Below, one piece after another: positions 49,626 to 63,539 of a stretch of 64,000 bases of DNA. Where the stretch lies: positions 53,940,001 to 54,004,000 of the forward strand of contig CM060732.1 of assembly GCA_030704615.1 (NCBI GenBank). Direction: 5' to 3'. The translations under genes were made by a program, and so were the position numbers. The notes below the pieces were generated by a model that saw only the letters and a list, made by a program, of their open reading frames with translations, was not told the origin of the DNA and did not search any database. Position 1 is the stretch's first letter. Each line of letters opens with the position of its first letter. The DNA is from Takakia lepidozioides (Eukaryota > Plantae > Bryophyta).

Positions 49626-49866
49626 GTTTTTTTTTTTTTTTTGTTTTGTTAAGGGAAACACCTGGGAGCGACAGCTCACAAATCAGGCCCCTTGATAGAG
49701 AGGAGAAAGTAACCTCTCAGTAACCTGGCCGTAAGGCTTTCAGATGCGACACCGCGCAGGGGAGGGGGAGCAAAGCTTACCACACCCGTCAAGTAGCAGG
49801 ATTTGACCCCAGGGTCATCCAGATGGCACTCAGTGCACTTTACCAACTGAGCTACTGACTGTTGGA
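49626..49866 (-). mobile_element. SINE family 1 copy, full length
   Basis: Minus strand reads ccaacagtcagTAGCTCAGTTGG..GGGTCAAATCC..cccaggtgtttccc followed by poly(A). Confidence 0.88.
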
Positions 49867-50137
49867 GGTAAATTTATTATGAAAGAGGTTGTATTCTTCT
49901 CCAGGTCATTTTCATTTTCTCCTCTCACTTAAAAAAGAGAAAAAAGGTATGGCTACTGGCTACTGGCTGGAAGGTGGACCCCAAGGGTTACAACGTTACA
50001 ACTTGGTTGTCTAATAGACACCATAATTTATGCTTCCTTGGGGACGCATCATACTTTTTGTTTGGTCGCTAGGGATTATTTGTATGAAATAATTCCAACT
50101 GTACCAAGAGCTGCCACTCAACATACTTGAGAAAAAA

Positions 50138-50205
50138 AAATGAGCTGTCGCTCCCAGGTGTTTCCCTTTTGAAAAAATAAAAAATAAAAAATAAAAATAA
50201 AAATA
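50138..50205 (+). mobile_element. SINE family 1 3' fragment
   Basis: tgagctgtcgctcccaggtgtttccc plus (AAAAAT)n tail. Confidence 0.75.
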
Positions 50206-52532
50206 TGAGAATCGCTGACCTCAGCAACATCATAAATAATATGTATAGGGTTTTAATTTTTTTCCCTTCAATAATATTCAATAAAACTAACAAGGGCCTC
50301 ATCCCCTTTCACCTTTAAACAAAAAAATAAAAAATAAAAATAAAAATGTGAATAGTATATACGTATATCCTCTGATAGAATAAAGAGGGATATAAAACAA
50401 TTAGTAAATATGGGTTGGAAAGAGCGGGATGCAGTGTGAATGGAATATCGGATCTTGGAGGATATGCTTCCGGGCGAGAAAGTACTAGCTGTCTGTACTT
50501 TACACTAGACGTTCAACAGACTTTACTTTACTATACTTTACTTGTACTGTACTTACCATCTGTTTACTGTTTGCTATTTACCTACTAGCTCTGAGGTCCT
50601 GGGCCGATGGTCATCGAGTCCTCGTCAATATTATTTGCACTTGATTAAATTCAGTTTATTTTAAGTAACAAATCCAGAGCCCAACTTACATTTCTGAGTC
50701 AAAAGCTGAATATAGCGGTGATTTATTTCAGTAGATAACTCTCAGATTCAACCATATATGTCATTCATTTATACTTGCATAAATGTATTTTTATCTACAA
50801 TCACTATCTAGTAGCTATTTAATCTAATATTTGATCCTGAAAAGTTGTCTAAATAGTGTGAAGTTAGCCTGACGGTCACGCCTCCTGTTAATTAAAGAAA
50901 AATAATTAATTATTTCTATCAGATATTATACAATTTTGCTTTGTTATAATTAATTATATTGTTTGTTTTTCCAGCTTCGGAAAAGATATTTATGGATGAT
51001 GTTTCGGATGGATGTAAGTAACTAGTAACCATACCATAGAGCAAAGGTGGGCACAGATAAGGGCACATGGATGGGGGCCACATGGCGCGCCCCAACTGGC
51101 TCCCAACTGTTTCTTCATGTGATCATGTGGAAAGCGTGGCGAAAAGTGAAACATGTGTTTCACAGTTCACTCATTCCAATCCTTGTATTATCCAGACCAA
51201 AAGAAAATAGCCGCGGGCGGGATATATCCCATAACGTTTGCCCCGGGTTTGAGGCTGCGAGGCTACAAAAGCCCCCAAGGAGGGGCATCATTAGTGGCGT
51301 GGTCTCCACACAAACGTGGCTCTTTATGGACTACAAATCGAGCTGCCCTGCTCTTAATGGCCCTTTATTTGTCTAATACGCTGCCCACCCTCAATAGCCG
51401 TGTTTATCTTGCACAGATTTCGCTGGTCCCCTATTTCATCCGTGCATTCATCCATGAGCATGGCGGATAATTGTGGCCAGCTACTCATCGGTTATCTGTT
51501 GGTACACTTGTCAGTGTGCCACATGTTGGCAGAGGCGCTGCCTAGCTCCAGCTTCGTAGCATATATATAAATACAAATACAAATATAAACAAGATATAAA
51601 TATAAATAAATAAATATTCTGGGCAGGTGAGGAACTCGTTCAGTCTCGAGTGAAACCCGTCAAATTGTCTGACGCACTATTATTATTACAGAAAGCATCC
51701 GATGTGTACTCTGTGAGGACTGACAGTTTTCATCCATCTCTGACTAGTTGTCCCGTCTTACACCTCTCATCCGTCCCCGAACTGGACAGGGATCCAAAAG
51801 TCATCCATGAGTGCCGATCTCATCGATGGACAGGTTTAATTATGCCAGCGCGCAGAAGGTGAGGGATGTGAGTTGGGTGGGTGGCGCTGTCGGCGGCCAG
51901 CGCAGCAGCGACGTACAAATCTCAGTTTGAACGTTGAAATTAAACGAAAATAAAGATAAAAATAAATTAATACATAAATATCGGGACTCACGACTGGAAA
52001 AAAACCGTTGCAGTCCACATCCCGCTGGTTTCTCCTTATCTGCATCCCACGCTTTTTCATCCACTCACTCCCGTGGACGTAAAATATTTTTCATAGCCCC
52101 CAGCTAGGGTGGATGGAAAGTTCTTCTCATCGGTCTGAACATGTGGTCCTGGGTGGTGGATGGAAAGCGAAGTTCGTTCATTTGGATATGTGCTCCAGGC
52201 TGTGAATGAAAAGGAGGTATCATCCGTCGGGATCATACTGGGAATCGTCGCTTTTCATCCGTAACGGAAGGCAGGTAATCCGGGGTAAGATTGTTACCGA
52301 GAGAATGGGGAGGTTCGGGCCGTCAGTGCTCAGGGCGCCGATCGTCGGAGCAGAATCGGAACCTAGTAGGAGTGCCGAACCGGATCCCGAAGCTGGGAAG
52401 AGGAAGGACCTTCTCTCTCGCTGGGGCGGGTGAGGCTGATTGTGAGGGAAGAGAGAGAGGCAGAAGAGGGGAGGAGGCGGAGGGGGTTTCTATCGGTGCA
52501 TCGCATCGCAGACAGAGGGGGAGAGGAGCGAG

Positions 52533-55500
52533 ATGGCAGTGGGGACTGTTTTCGTTTTGGTCTTTGTGCCAGCGGCAGCAGTGGTTGGCATTGCTTTTGC
52601 GCTTTTCCAATGGTACATCGTGTCGAAGGTGTCGGTCGGCCATGAAAGCTCCAGCAACAACGGGTATATGCATGTAGAGGAGGATGGTGTCGGCGATATC
52701 GGGGTCGTTGCCAAATGCGCTGAGATACAGGCAGCCATTTCTGAGGGTGCGGAACAACCTGCCTCTGCTGTTATTTTTGTAGGGAATGAACTGTCTCGTT
52801 TGGTACTGACTGTTGATTTTTGAACTGTGACTTTCTGGATTAGTGCTGGTGAAGGCAATTTTTTTTTGGTCGTCGGAAAAGTTATGAATGTTGGTTAGGA
52901 TGGGAGGGGGTGTGCGGTGCCATTAGATGGCGGGCTTGGAAACTGCTGGGATGTTACGTACCCACTTGTGTAGATATGGGTGATGGACTGCCTGAAGGAG
53001 AGTGGGAATACTTTGCTGCAACTCTCGGTTGCATAGGTTATATGTCCGATCGAAGTACACCGGTTAATCCAGTTTTTGACCATTCGTAGTGTGGTGTTGC
53101 AAAAATTTGAAAGTGGTTGAGAGACAAGAGAACAGGGTGCTTTACTCTGTTTTTGAAGGTCCTTCTGCAATGATATTGCGAAGTGACCTTGGAAGAGATC
53201 TTTGAACAGAGTTGTGATCGAAATGTTGAGTAGATGTGCTCAGCAATGCTTTGGAATCTGGCTAAGATTTTTGTGGATCATAGTTTGCAGCAGTGTCCGG
53301 AGTAACATGAAATTTGAGAGATGAGATGTGGCGCTGTTAGATTTATTGAGACACCTTTCGGTAAATATTGGAATATAGTGGTAGATGAGCAGCAAATCAG
53401 CGACTAATGATTATGGCTTCTAGTTATTGCATGTTTGCTGTAGTGCTGGTTGGATCTTGCGGGGAAGGCTTTGTGGATTGGAAGGTCTGCAGTAGCTGGT
53501 TTGTAGGAGGGTGTCGATGAGGGGAGATAATATACATGCTGACTGTTACGTATCAGAGTCCAGGCCTGTTTGAAGATTTTCTTGAGAGGTCGGGCTTTAG
53601 GGATATTGTGTGGGTTGTGATCACACATCGAGAGACTGGTATTTTTGTTTGTGGACTGTTTGCTACAGTCCGGATTGAAATAGATCGGTAAATTTGCTTA
53701 CGATGCCTGGCAAAGCTTTTTCCGAAACCCATGTCATATGTCGGCGCCACCACTCTGATCGGCCTGATGGACAACCATTAGTCAAAGTTTCTGATCAGCA
53801 TAATGGCTACGCAGCTGCTGGGCAGTATGAGCTTGTATGTCGGTTGCTACAGATCATGTGAAACCTTTATGCATTGTAGCAGAGCAATAGGAGGATTTCT
53901 GTCCTTCTTAAATCTTGTTTCTATTGTAAAAATAAGTGAATCTCCTGGGTATCAATGATGGAAGTCTTCTAGCTGATCAGTTATGAGAATCCCAAAAAGT
54001 GATTTTGAAAGGTTTTCCAAATTATGAGCTCAACTCCACAGCCCATTAAAGCATTGCATAGGTGAGAGGCTTTCAGGATATGATGGCAGAGTATAGCGTG
54101 TACCGACACCCTTATCGTTAGCTGCCTATGCTGTGGAAACTTCATTCCACTTCACAACAATGTTAGAGCAACTCTTGTCACATTCAATCAATGTCACAGT
54201 AATGGTTATGCATGGAGAAGCATTAAAACAGTGCTGGTAGCAGTGAAGGATGAAGATGCGTGAAGATTTATGATCTTGTGTAGGAACTCCAAGGTTTCAG
54301 GGTTTGTTTGATCACAAGTATACTTAGCATGCCACCTTGACTGTGCAGGCGCTGAATCATTTTTGGCGACAGAATATCAGTACCTGCTGGTGTTCATGGG
54401 CATCTTTTCTGTGATCATTTTCCTGTTCCTGGCCTCTGTCGGGGGCTTCAACTTTGATAGGCGGCCCTGTGACCATGATGAAAGTACTCTATGCCCCTCA
54501 TCCCTTGCCAAGGCCTTCTTCAGCACGGTGGCTTTCATCCTGGGTGCTCTCACGTCTACGCTATCAGGGTACCTTGGGATGAAAATTGCCACTTATGCAA
54601 ATGCCAGGACAACACTTGAGGCACGCAAAGGTGTTGGCAGGGCATTCATTGTTGCCTTCCGATCTGGCTCAGTGATGGGGTTCCTGCTAGCTGCCTTTGG
54701 TCTACTTGTTCTGTTCCTGACAATTGTTCTTTTCAAACTTTTCTATGGAGATGATTGGGTTGGCCTGTACGAGGCTATCACGGGATATGGTCTCGGTGGT
54801 TCGTCAGTGGCCTTGTTCGGTCGTGTTGGCGGTGGCATTTACACCAAGGCCGCAGATGTTGGTGCCGATCTTGTGGGCAAAGTGGAGCGCAACATCCCTG
54901 AGGATGACCCTAGGAATCCTGCGGTAAGCTGTGTTGATGATTTGTAGTGTGCAAGGCATTTCCGGACAGTGGGCTTCCAGATGGACTTGTTATTTTGATT
55001 ATTGTTGAGGCTTCTGAGCGGAGACTAAATATCCCCGCATGATGCTGCTCACCAAGTACTCGAAACATATACTACTCTTGTTAAGTGAGTCCTGAGCTAG
55101 CTGCGAGTCTCTGTCTCATCGGCTACCTTTCGTCCCGGTGTGTGATTTCCTTTCAGGTCATTGCTGACAATGTGGGTGACAATGTTGGAGACATTGCGGG
55201 TATGGGAGCCGACTTGTTTGGTTCCTTTGCTGAGTCGACCTGTGCTGCTCTTGTGGTGTCATCTATCTCCTCGTTCGGGACAGACAAGAATTTTGTGGCC
55301 ATGAGTTTTCCACTCATCATCAGTGCAGCTGGAATATTTGTGTGCCTTCTTACAACCCTGGTTGCCACAGACTTGTTCGTCATCAAGGGGGTGAAGGAAA
55401 TTGAGCCGACTCTAAAGTATCAATTAGTGATCTCCACTATTCTGATGACCATTGCTATTGGGTTGGTGTCTTATTTTACATTGCCTGAGGTGTTCACGAT

Positions 55501-58197
55501 CAGTGTTGTCGGTCACGCACCGAAGGTTGTCAAGAATTGGTAAGATTGATGGTGGTTTCTATTCTTTTGATTCATATTTCTCCTTTTCGTTGTGCTCTTG
55601 GGAGTGGGTGTCTTACCATATGTGACAGTTTGTCAAGGATGGATCTTCCTTACTGGTTTTGATTTGGTGTTTCTCTGTACAGGCACATCTTCTTCTGTGT
55701 CTGTTCTGGTCTCTGGGCTGGCCTTATCATTGGTTTCGTGACTGAGTACTTCACCAGCAATACTTACCAGTATGTGTTACTTCACCTTTTTCCCATTTGC
55801 TGAGGGTCTTTATAAGCTATGGCACTCGGATGTGCTGCTGTGGATAACTTCTAGCGTAGAGCTTGTGAATGCTTGGTCTTTTTACACGGTGATTATTTCT
55901 GCTTTTGTGAGAAGTGGAAGTCGCTGACTATCCTATTTTGAATGGATATGATGGTATAGAATGTTGATATCCTCTGCACGGTCGAGAGAAGAGCATTTGT
56001 TGGTGGTTGGAATGTGTAAGGCATTACATGGTGAGTGAAATAAAGCTTTTTAATCGTTGCCCTGCATACATCTCAGACTGTTGACTGCCGTGTTTCTTTT
56101 TTGTCAGGCCTGTCAGAGATGTGGCAGACTCTTGCCGGACAGGAGCGGCGACAAACATTATCTTTGGCCTTGCCTTGGGCTACAAATCTGTGATTGTTCC
56201 AGTGTTTGCCATTGCGGCTGCAATCTATTTGAGTTTCAGTCTTGCTGCAATGTATGGCATTGCTGTAGCTGCTCTGGGAATGCTCAGTACTTTGGCTACT
56301 GGCCTTGCCATTGATGCATATGGTCCTATAAGTGATAATGCTGGCGGTATTGCTGAGATGGCGGGCATGAGCCATGAGATACGTGAAAGGACAGATGCAC
56401 TTGATGCTGCAGGAAACACAACTGCTGCCATTGGCAAGGTTTGACTCTGATACACAGCCTGGCCTTGTCTGTGGGAAAATACATAGCCATCTAATTTTAT
56501 ATGATGTCTTGCTGAAGCGCTTCAGCTTTGTGTCTCCCTTTCATCTGCGGTCCATCATCTTGAAGTTTGTTTGATTTAAGCACTGAGAAAATTTAGTTAC
56601 TTGGTTCTCAGCTACTCTTCAGCTAGCAGAGTGGTTGTCAAGTGGGGGTCTTGTAGTATTTCAATGAACAAACAGTGTATCTTGTAAATGCGCATAGTCT
56701 TGTAGTTTTTTGGCTGTGGACACAGAATTGAAAGATGGAGCAGAACCTAAGGATGGTTAAATGTGGTAAAAGTTAAGGTTCAATGCTTCCATCTAACTTG
56801 AATATGACGTACCTTCGCAGGGATTTGCCATAGGCTCAGCTGCCCTGGTGTCTTTGGCTCTGTTTGGTGCCTATGTTAGCCGTGCTGGAATAGCCACGGT
56901 TGATGTCATCCAACCAAAGGAGTTTGTGGGGCTGATTGTGGGTGCCATGCTGCCCTACTGGTTCTCGGCTATGACGATGAAGAGTGTTGGAAAGGCTGCT
57001 TTGGCCATGGTAGAGGAAGTGCGAAGACAGTTTGCCACTATTCCTGGTTTGCTGGAAGGCACAACCAAGCCTGACTACAAGAGATGTGTGCAGATTTCTA
57101 CTGATGCCTCTCTAAGGGAGATGATTCCTCCTGGTGCTCTTGTCATGCTCACACCCATCATTGTGGGCACTTTGTTTGGTGTGGAGACTCTGGCGGGAGT
57201 GTTGGCCGGTGCATTGGTCTCTGGAGTTCAGGTGACTGATCTTCTCTGGCTGATGTATGCACAGATTAATTGGTAGTTGGCTTGTGAACCTACTATTGAG
57301 TGTGTTCGTCTGTCAGGATTTTTCAAACTTTCTGTTGCTGTTAATGTCTCCAGGAATTTAAGCTTAAAGTTAGTCGATAGGTTTTAAGTAAAGTCTGCTG
57401 GTGGAAATGGGGTGCTGCAGATCGCCATCTCTGCATCCAACACTGGTGGTGCTTGGGATAATGCCAAGAAGTACATAGAGGTATGTTTCTGTGGGAAAGC
57501 CTTCTCTTTTCTCTCTCCTCCTACCTCAGATCTGTGAAATTTGTTCCTAGTCATTGTTGCCGTTCTTCTATCTTTGACAAGCATTTTATTTTCTGTCAAA
57601 GCCTAACCAGCCTTATGTATATATATGGGAAACACCTGGGAGCGACATCTCACAAATCAGGGCCCTTAATTTTAGTGAGGAAAAAATAATCTCTTTCAGA
57701 GAACTTGCCGCGAAGGCTTTCGCATTGGACACCGCCCAAGGGAACCAAGCCTTGTTGCTGCAAGACCCACTTATGTTTTGGGTTGTTCTTTTGCTAAATT
57801 CTTCTGCATATGGAGATTTTATAGTTCTGATTGGGTGTTGTTCTGGTGGCCACATCTGCCTTGGGCTGTATTGGTCAATGTTACAATGGTTCCGTATTGG
57901 AGATTGAGTTTCTCGTGTATCGGACCATCAATTGCTGGCAACTTCGGCTTTTTGAGTTGCAAGATGTGTGGGGTTGGTCTGAATTTTCGGTTGCAGGCTG
58001 GTGCATCACCACACGCACAGAGCCTGGGCCCAAAGGGTTCCGATGCCCACAAGGCAGCAGTGATTGGAGACACTGTTGGCGATCCATTGAAGGATACATC
58101 AGGACCCTCATTGAACATATTGATCAAACTCATGGCTGTGGAGTCACTAGTGTTTGCTCCATTCTTTGCTACAAAGGGTGGTTGGTTGTTCCGCTAG
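52533..58197 (+). CDS. AVP1: vacuolar H+-translocating inorganic pyrophosphatase, type I (K+-stimulated), 753 aa; exons 52533-52746, 54349-54923, 55157-55539, 55683-55769, 56108-56438, 56821-57231, 57421-57480, 57997-58197
   Basis: All seven introns are GT-AG and phases join into an open 2262-nt frame. Signature motifs [65 protein letters not shown] (Ala form = K+-dependent), [23 protein letters not shown]. Confidence 0.97.
57615..57745 (-). mobile_element. SINE family 1 3' part inside intron 7 of the H+-PPase gene
   Basis: gggaaacacctgggagcgacatctcacaaatcagggccc..gaggaaaaaataatctc matches the family. Confidence 0.8.
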
Positions 58198-59861
58198 TAT
58201 ACATGCTTCAAACAGTGGGCGGGAATTGTTCATATATTTGCCATCATTGAGAGGGGAAATGGTATGTGGAAGGCATTAGTTTGGCAACTAATTTTGCATT
58301 TGAAAATTTCCTCGAGTGGAAGGGTGGGTTTGCTCTTTTGATTCATATAGCTGATAGGATACAAGCTGCTGGTCTTGGGCGCTGTATGGTGCAATACACA
58401 AAGATAGTCCCTCCTTCGGAATCACATCAATTTTTGTTTTCACTCTGCTAGTTATGAAGATGCCTTTGTGGATTGAGTGACTGCTGTTATTCCATGAGAG
58501 ATCTAGAAATGGATTGCATAATGCAATTTGTATTGGGTACTAAAGCTGATATTTGTACAAGGCAATGTGATCTCGGTATTGTCCTTTCACACCAATGAAT
58601 GTATGGAATGTTGTTCACTACTATTAGTCCTGCATAGCGTACCAAAACATGCCAGAAGCCACTGGCAGCAATACTTGTTGGAGGATTTTATGTTGGAGCT
58701 AAGCTGTTCTTCACCCCTCAGCTAGACAAACATATAATGGCTCCTTTAAAAAATGCAGGCAGTTCCAAGTGTGCAGCAGATAATAAGCCTTGAATGGACC
58801 AATAGGGGTTACTATTTCGAACAGCAAGTGAAAGTGAAAGTGTCATTCAGTTACACTACTCATCAGTTACATTAATTGACTGTTTACTGAGCTTTGTGTA
58901 TCTGACTACTGTGGTCAAGGATGGACTGATTTAAAACGGACCTTTGTGATCTGAAGTACTAACTGCAACTGGAGAAAAAAACAAATATCCTCCTTGTTCA
59001 AAATTCATCAATCTAATCCCAAAAGTGGCCGACAAATATACGAAAGGGAGCATCTTTTTCACCACCAAATCCAATATCGAGCCTGAATCATATACCTATT
59101 CCCAATATCTCCGCTGTTTGCACTCACGTGAACCCAGGGAGGTTCAATGAGGACCGCCCTGATATATCCAGACTTGCCATCAAATCGGTCCAGGATTAAT
59201 CACACTAACTAAGGACTTACCACTCTCATTGCGACTATAATAGATTACTCGTTTGATTCCTCACAGGCTCACCCGCATGTCCCCCAAATGTGAGCGAGGA
59301 GCTATGTGCAGTAAATGTCATGCAGGTCAGCCACTTTAATACCTCATATCTTTACAGTGCATATATTGCCATGTCATGAACCTAAATCGGATCAACAGGT
59401 GTGACGTTTCTAAGTTCACGTTTGAGCTATTTAACAAACATTTATATATGTCATATGCTAAATGGTAACCATTATAGATTCGTTTACCTTCAATGCATTA
59501 GCTCTTTGGAAACTTGCGGCCTTGTAGTAGCCTCGCTTCCTTGTGGTGGCCTCGCTTTGTACTCCTTATGGCCTCAAGGTTTTTTTTCCCTCGTTTATTA
59601 ACTTGATTAAAAGGGCCTCCGTCCCCTTTCCTTAAGAAGAATTAAAAAAAAAAAAAAAAACGGCTTCAAAGTTCATGGTTCCACTTCAACACCCAATTGT
59701 GGAAATTGGACTCAATTGGGTCAGGAATTTCAATAAGACTCATGATCCTGTTTAATTTTTGTTTAGTTACTTTAAACAGGCGTGGGACAGAGGCCCTAGG
59801 AGAACTTTATTGGCTCCTCCCTCAAGAGGAGACCAGGTGCTGATGAGAGCGAAGATCTTGA

Positions 59862-60142
59862 TGTACCTACACCAGATAATACCTGCACTAGATAATAACT
59901 GCACCAGAAAACACCTATACTAAACAACACCCAAATTTAGATCTACCTACAATAGATAATATCTACACCAAAAATTTATAACAGATAACACTTGCACCAG
60001 AAAACACCTACGCTAAAAGAAACACCCAAGTTTAAAATACCTACACCGAAATTTGTACCAGATAATACCTGCACTAGAAAACACCTATGTTAAAAAATAC
60101 CCAAATTTAAAACTATCTACACCAGATAATACTTACACCGAA
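59862..60142. repeat. minisatellite (acctacaccagataat-like units)
   Basis: Many imperfect 15-16-bp units with higher-order ~75-90-bp structure. Confidence 0.8.
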
Positions 60143-61424
60143 ATTTTGAAGATGTCCCTCGTTAATGATTTTGGGGAAACATTGGTTTCGTGAAAAAGAA
60201 AATTAGTGGAACAAAAATTATAATATAGAGATTTTAGAATAGTTTGTTATTTACTGATTGGCATTGACTTGACGGTACAGAGCATTAATCTTGGGTGGTA
60301 AGCGATTAGTGCAACAGAGCTGCTACATATGCACTTTTCAAAAATATTGGAGCAACTCATAGTGGTGACGTGCGGTCAAACTTCCTTGCACCATTTTTGC
60401 TCCTGTTCTGGATGATGACAAATGTGCCGCTTTGCAACGATTGCATAATGCCCACATAACCCATGGACGACAGACATAGCTACCCAGATAATTACCTCTT
60501 TGTATTTTCAAAGTACTCTTCTCTTTACATTTATTTGAAAGTACATTTTCTTCTCATCTGTAACACTTTTGCTGATTTTCTTATAGGGATTTTCTACGAT
60601 ACAGACTTCAGTTTTCAGTTATACAAACTTCACATTTCAGTTTTACAGACTTCAGTTTCAGTTTTCAGTTTTCAGTTTTCAGCAAGATTTTCAGCCAGTC
60701 ATTTAGTCATTGATAGAAACATATAATTTACCATTCCATTAATGTGGATATAGATATAGACTTAATATTACAGTCTCAGAATTTGCAACTTGTACATAAT
60801 TACCATTATATTGTCGGAGACTGTTTAATTGATTCGGTTGCTTATTTGTTGCATTCTGAAATATAATGCAAGGATCTACATCGTCAAAGCATGCAACATT
60901 TTCTACAAATTTTACAATCACCTGGTGATGAAGTGGCCGAAATGCTTCAAATCCACTTTTTCTTTGGAAACCCTCTCTGAGCTACATGGTGTTCATACAA
61001 TCAAAGAATTTGTTCAAAAAATGTCCAATAGTGTTGTTTGTGGAGGTTTGGAAGTTGATAATCGTGCAATTTTTTGTTTAACAAATTATTTACAAAGACC
61101 AATTGGTTATGGTCTCTAGTAAATAAAATAGTAATGTTTTATGTGGGTGATCAATTTGTTGCGCGTACCCCTCTCCAACTACTTTATGGTGATAGACATG
61201 CTACCAAGAGTGGGCACTTTGAACCGATTGTTTTTAAAACAACTCATTGTACTCCATTCTTCTTCGGAAGCCCTCTCTAACCTATATATATAGCTTTCAA
61301 ACTACCAACCCTGTTGTTAAATATCATCATTCAACAATATAACATGTATTGATTTGCAAACTTCGGATTTTTAGTTTACTTACTACAGTCTCAGTTTTCA
61401 GTTTTCATTTTTAGTTTACTTACT

Positions 61425-61925
61425 AAATGTCTTCCATTTTAGGTCTTTCATTTTTAGGTTTTTCATTTAGGTCATCTTTATTCGGTTTTGCAGAAATTAA
61501 TGGTCCAAAACAAAAGTCATTAGTTCTAGGTCTTTCATTTTCGGTCTTTCATTTTTAGGTTTTTCATGTAGGTCATATTTATTCAGTTTTGCACAAATTA
61601 ATCGTCCAAAACAAATGTCTTCCATTTTAGGTCTTTCTTTTTTGGGTTTTTCATTTCGGTATCTTTATTTGATTGTGCAACAATTAATGATCCAAAACAA
61701 AAGTCATTCGTTTTAGGTCTTTCATTTTTAAGTTTCTCATTTACGTCATATTTATTCGGTTTTGCACAAATTAATCGCCCAAAACAAAAGTCTTTCTTTT
61801 TTAGGTCTTTCATTTACGTCATTCATTTAGGTTATTTATTCGGTTTTGCAGAAATGCAAAAGTCTTTCATTTTTAGGTTTTTCATTTAGGTCATGTTTAT
61901 TCGGTTTTACAGAAGTTAATGGCCT
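61425..61925. repeat. T-rich tandem repeat (taggtctttcattt / ttattcggttttgcacaaattaat..ccaaaacaaaagtc)
   Basis: About 6 imperfect units of 75-100 bp. Confidence 0.8.
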
Positions 61926-62266
61926 TCAGTTCTATTTTCCATTGACTTCCATTATATTCAGCACTAGCATTTAGGTTTTGTAATAGGGTGGCGCCATTAC
62001 GTGACTAGCCGCTTGTTTGGGATTACTTTGGGGAGAAAAGTTAAAACCCCGATTACACCATAAGGCACACACACCATGGCGAGTGAAAGGACAAACAAAC
62101 CTCTGGGAAGGAGAGAAGAACAATATGTGTCAAAACACCCAGAAAGAACTAACCTCTCCCTCAAGGAAGAGGGAGAGCAGATGAACCCAGACATGAACTC
62201 CCTGAATTGTCATAATTTTGTTTTCATATTTTGCAAAAGGTTGCAAAACATTTTCATCTTACAAAA

Positions 62267-62267
62267 C

Positions 62268-62310
<43 letters not shown>

Positions 62311-62581
62311 CAATTTTTCAAAATAACAGGAGTGGCTACTGAGTTTCGCAGGAAATAGCCATATTTTCTGTTCATCCACTAAAATTTGGACAGAATCATC
62401 CTCCTCTATACTTTCATCCAAGTATATCATCCATATTAGGCGAATTCATCCAAGATTTATATGTTTTTTGGAGAAGTTTGGCGATTTCATCCATGAGAAA
62501 ATAGGGAATTTACGACAGAATATTCGATTTTAAGTTTTGAGGTCGAAAAAGTGCGAAATTTCGCCAGAAATAAAAACACTG
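62267..62581. mobile_element. hAT-type MITE with poly(T)-expanded left TIR
   Basis: CAGTTTTT.. / ..AAAAACACTG termini; 8-bp TSD TTACAAAA (62259-62266, 62582-62589); internal TCATCC motifs. Confidence 0.8.
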
Positions 62582-63539
62582 TTACAAAATGGTTATAAGA
62601 TTCCAATTCTTACGGAGAAAAATCATGAAATTTGAGGCGGAGGTAAGGGATACAGTTAGGAACATGATTGAACAGTCAAGTTGTGTAGATCTTAGCAGTG
62701 TTTTAGTAATGGATAAAAAGCAGGGGTGCAGATTTTGCAGTCAAGGGGAGAATAAAGATAGAAGGATGCCAGACCACTTCTAGACTTAAGTGCAACAACG
62801 AGTTGCACATAACAATAAAAGATTTAATAGTTTATCTTAATATTTTAATCATTTGTTTAGTTATTTTTAGTATTCTTCTTTTTAGTCATAACCTAAACTT
62901 ATTAGAATCATTAAAAATTATATTACTGTACGAATTAAATCAACACATATTTACTATTAGAAATAATAAAATATTGTTCAAAATTTAACTTTTATACAAC
63001 CAATCACTTGTAACTACACCATGCTCTTAAACAAGTATGTTATATATATATATATATATTCAAAGATCTATCACACAACATTCAGTCTCACTTTCATTTT
63101 CTAAACATCTAAAGATTGGACATGTAACAATCTGATTCTAAGTATTTCAATCTTTTTTTTTTCCTACTGTAATTAATTAAGAGAATCGGACTATAGGCAA
63201 CATTGTCAAAAACTGCGGAAGATGTACAGGTATGTTTGAAGAGGCTAAGCGAGATCATGAGAGACTTGAAAACTCTAAAAGAAAAGAATATTTCCTAAGT
63301 GAAATAGAAAAAATATAAACTACTATAATAAATGTATCAACTTTGGTCATTATATTTATGAATCACATATACTATTTATTGGTATTTATCGACAAAATTG
63401 GTAGGTTGTCATCATTTATTATAATGAATAATAAAATACAAAACTTTATTTTCGATAAATGTTCATACATCCATTTGTAATATCCTTTTTTGAAATAAAT
63501 CTTTACGTGTTAGTACCTATGTTAAAAATAGAAAAATAA

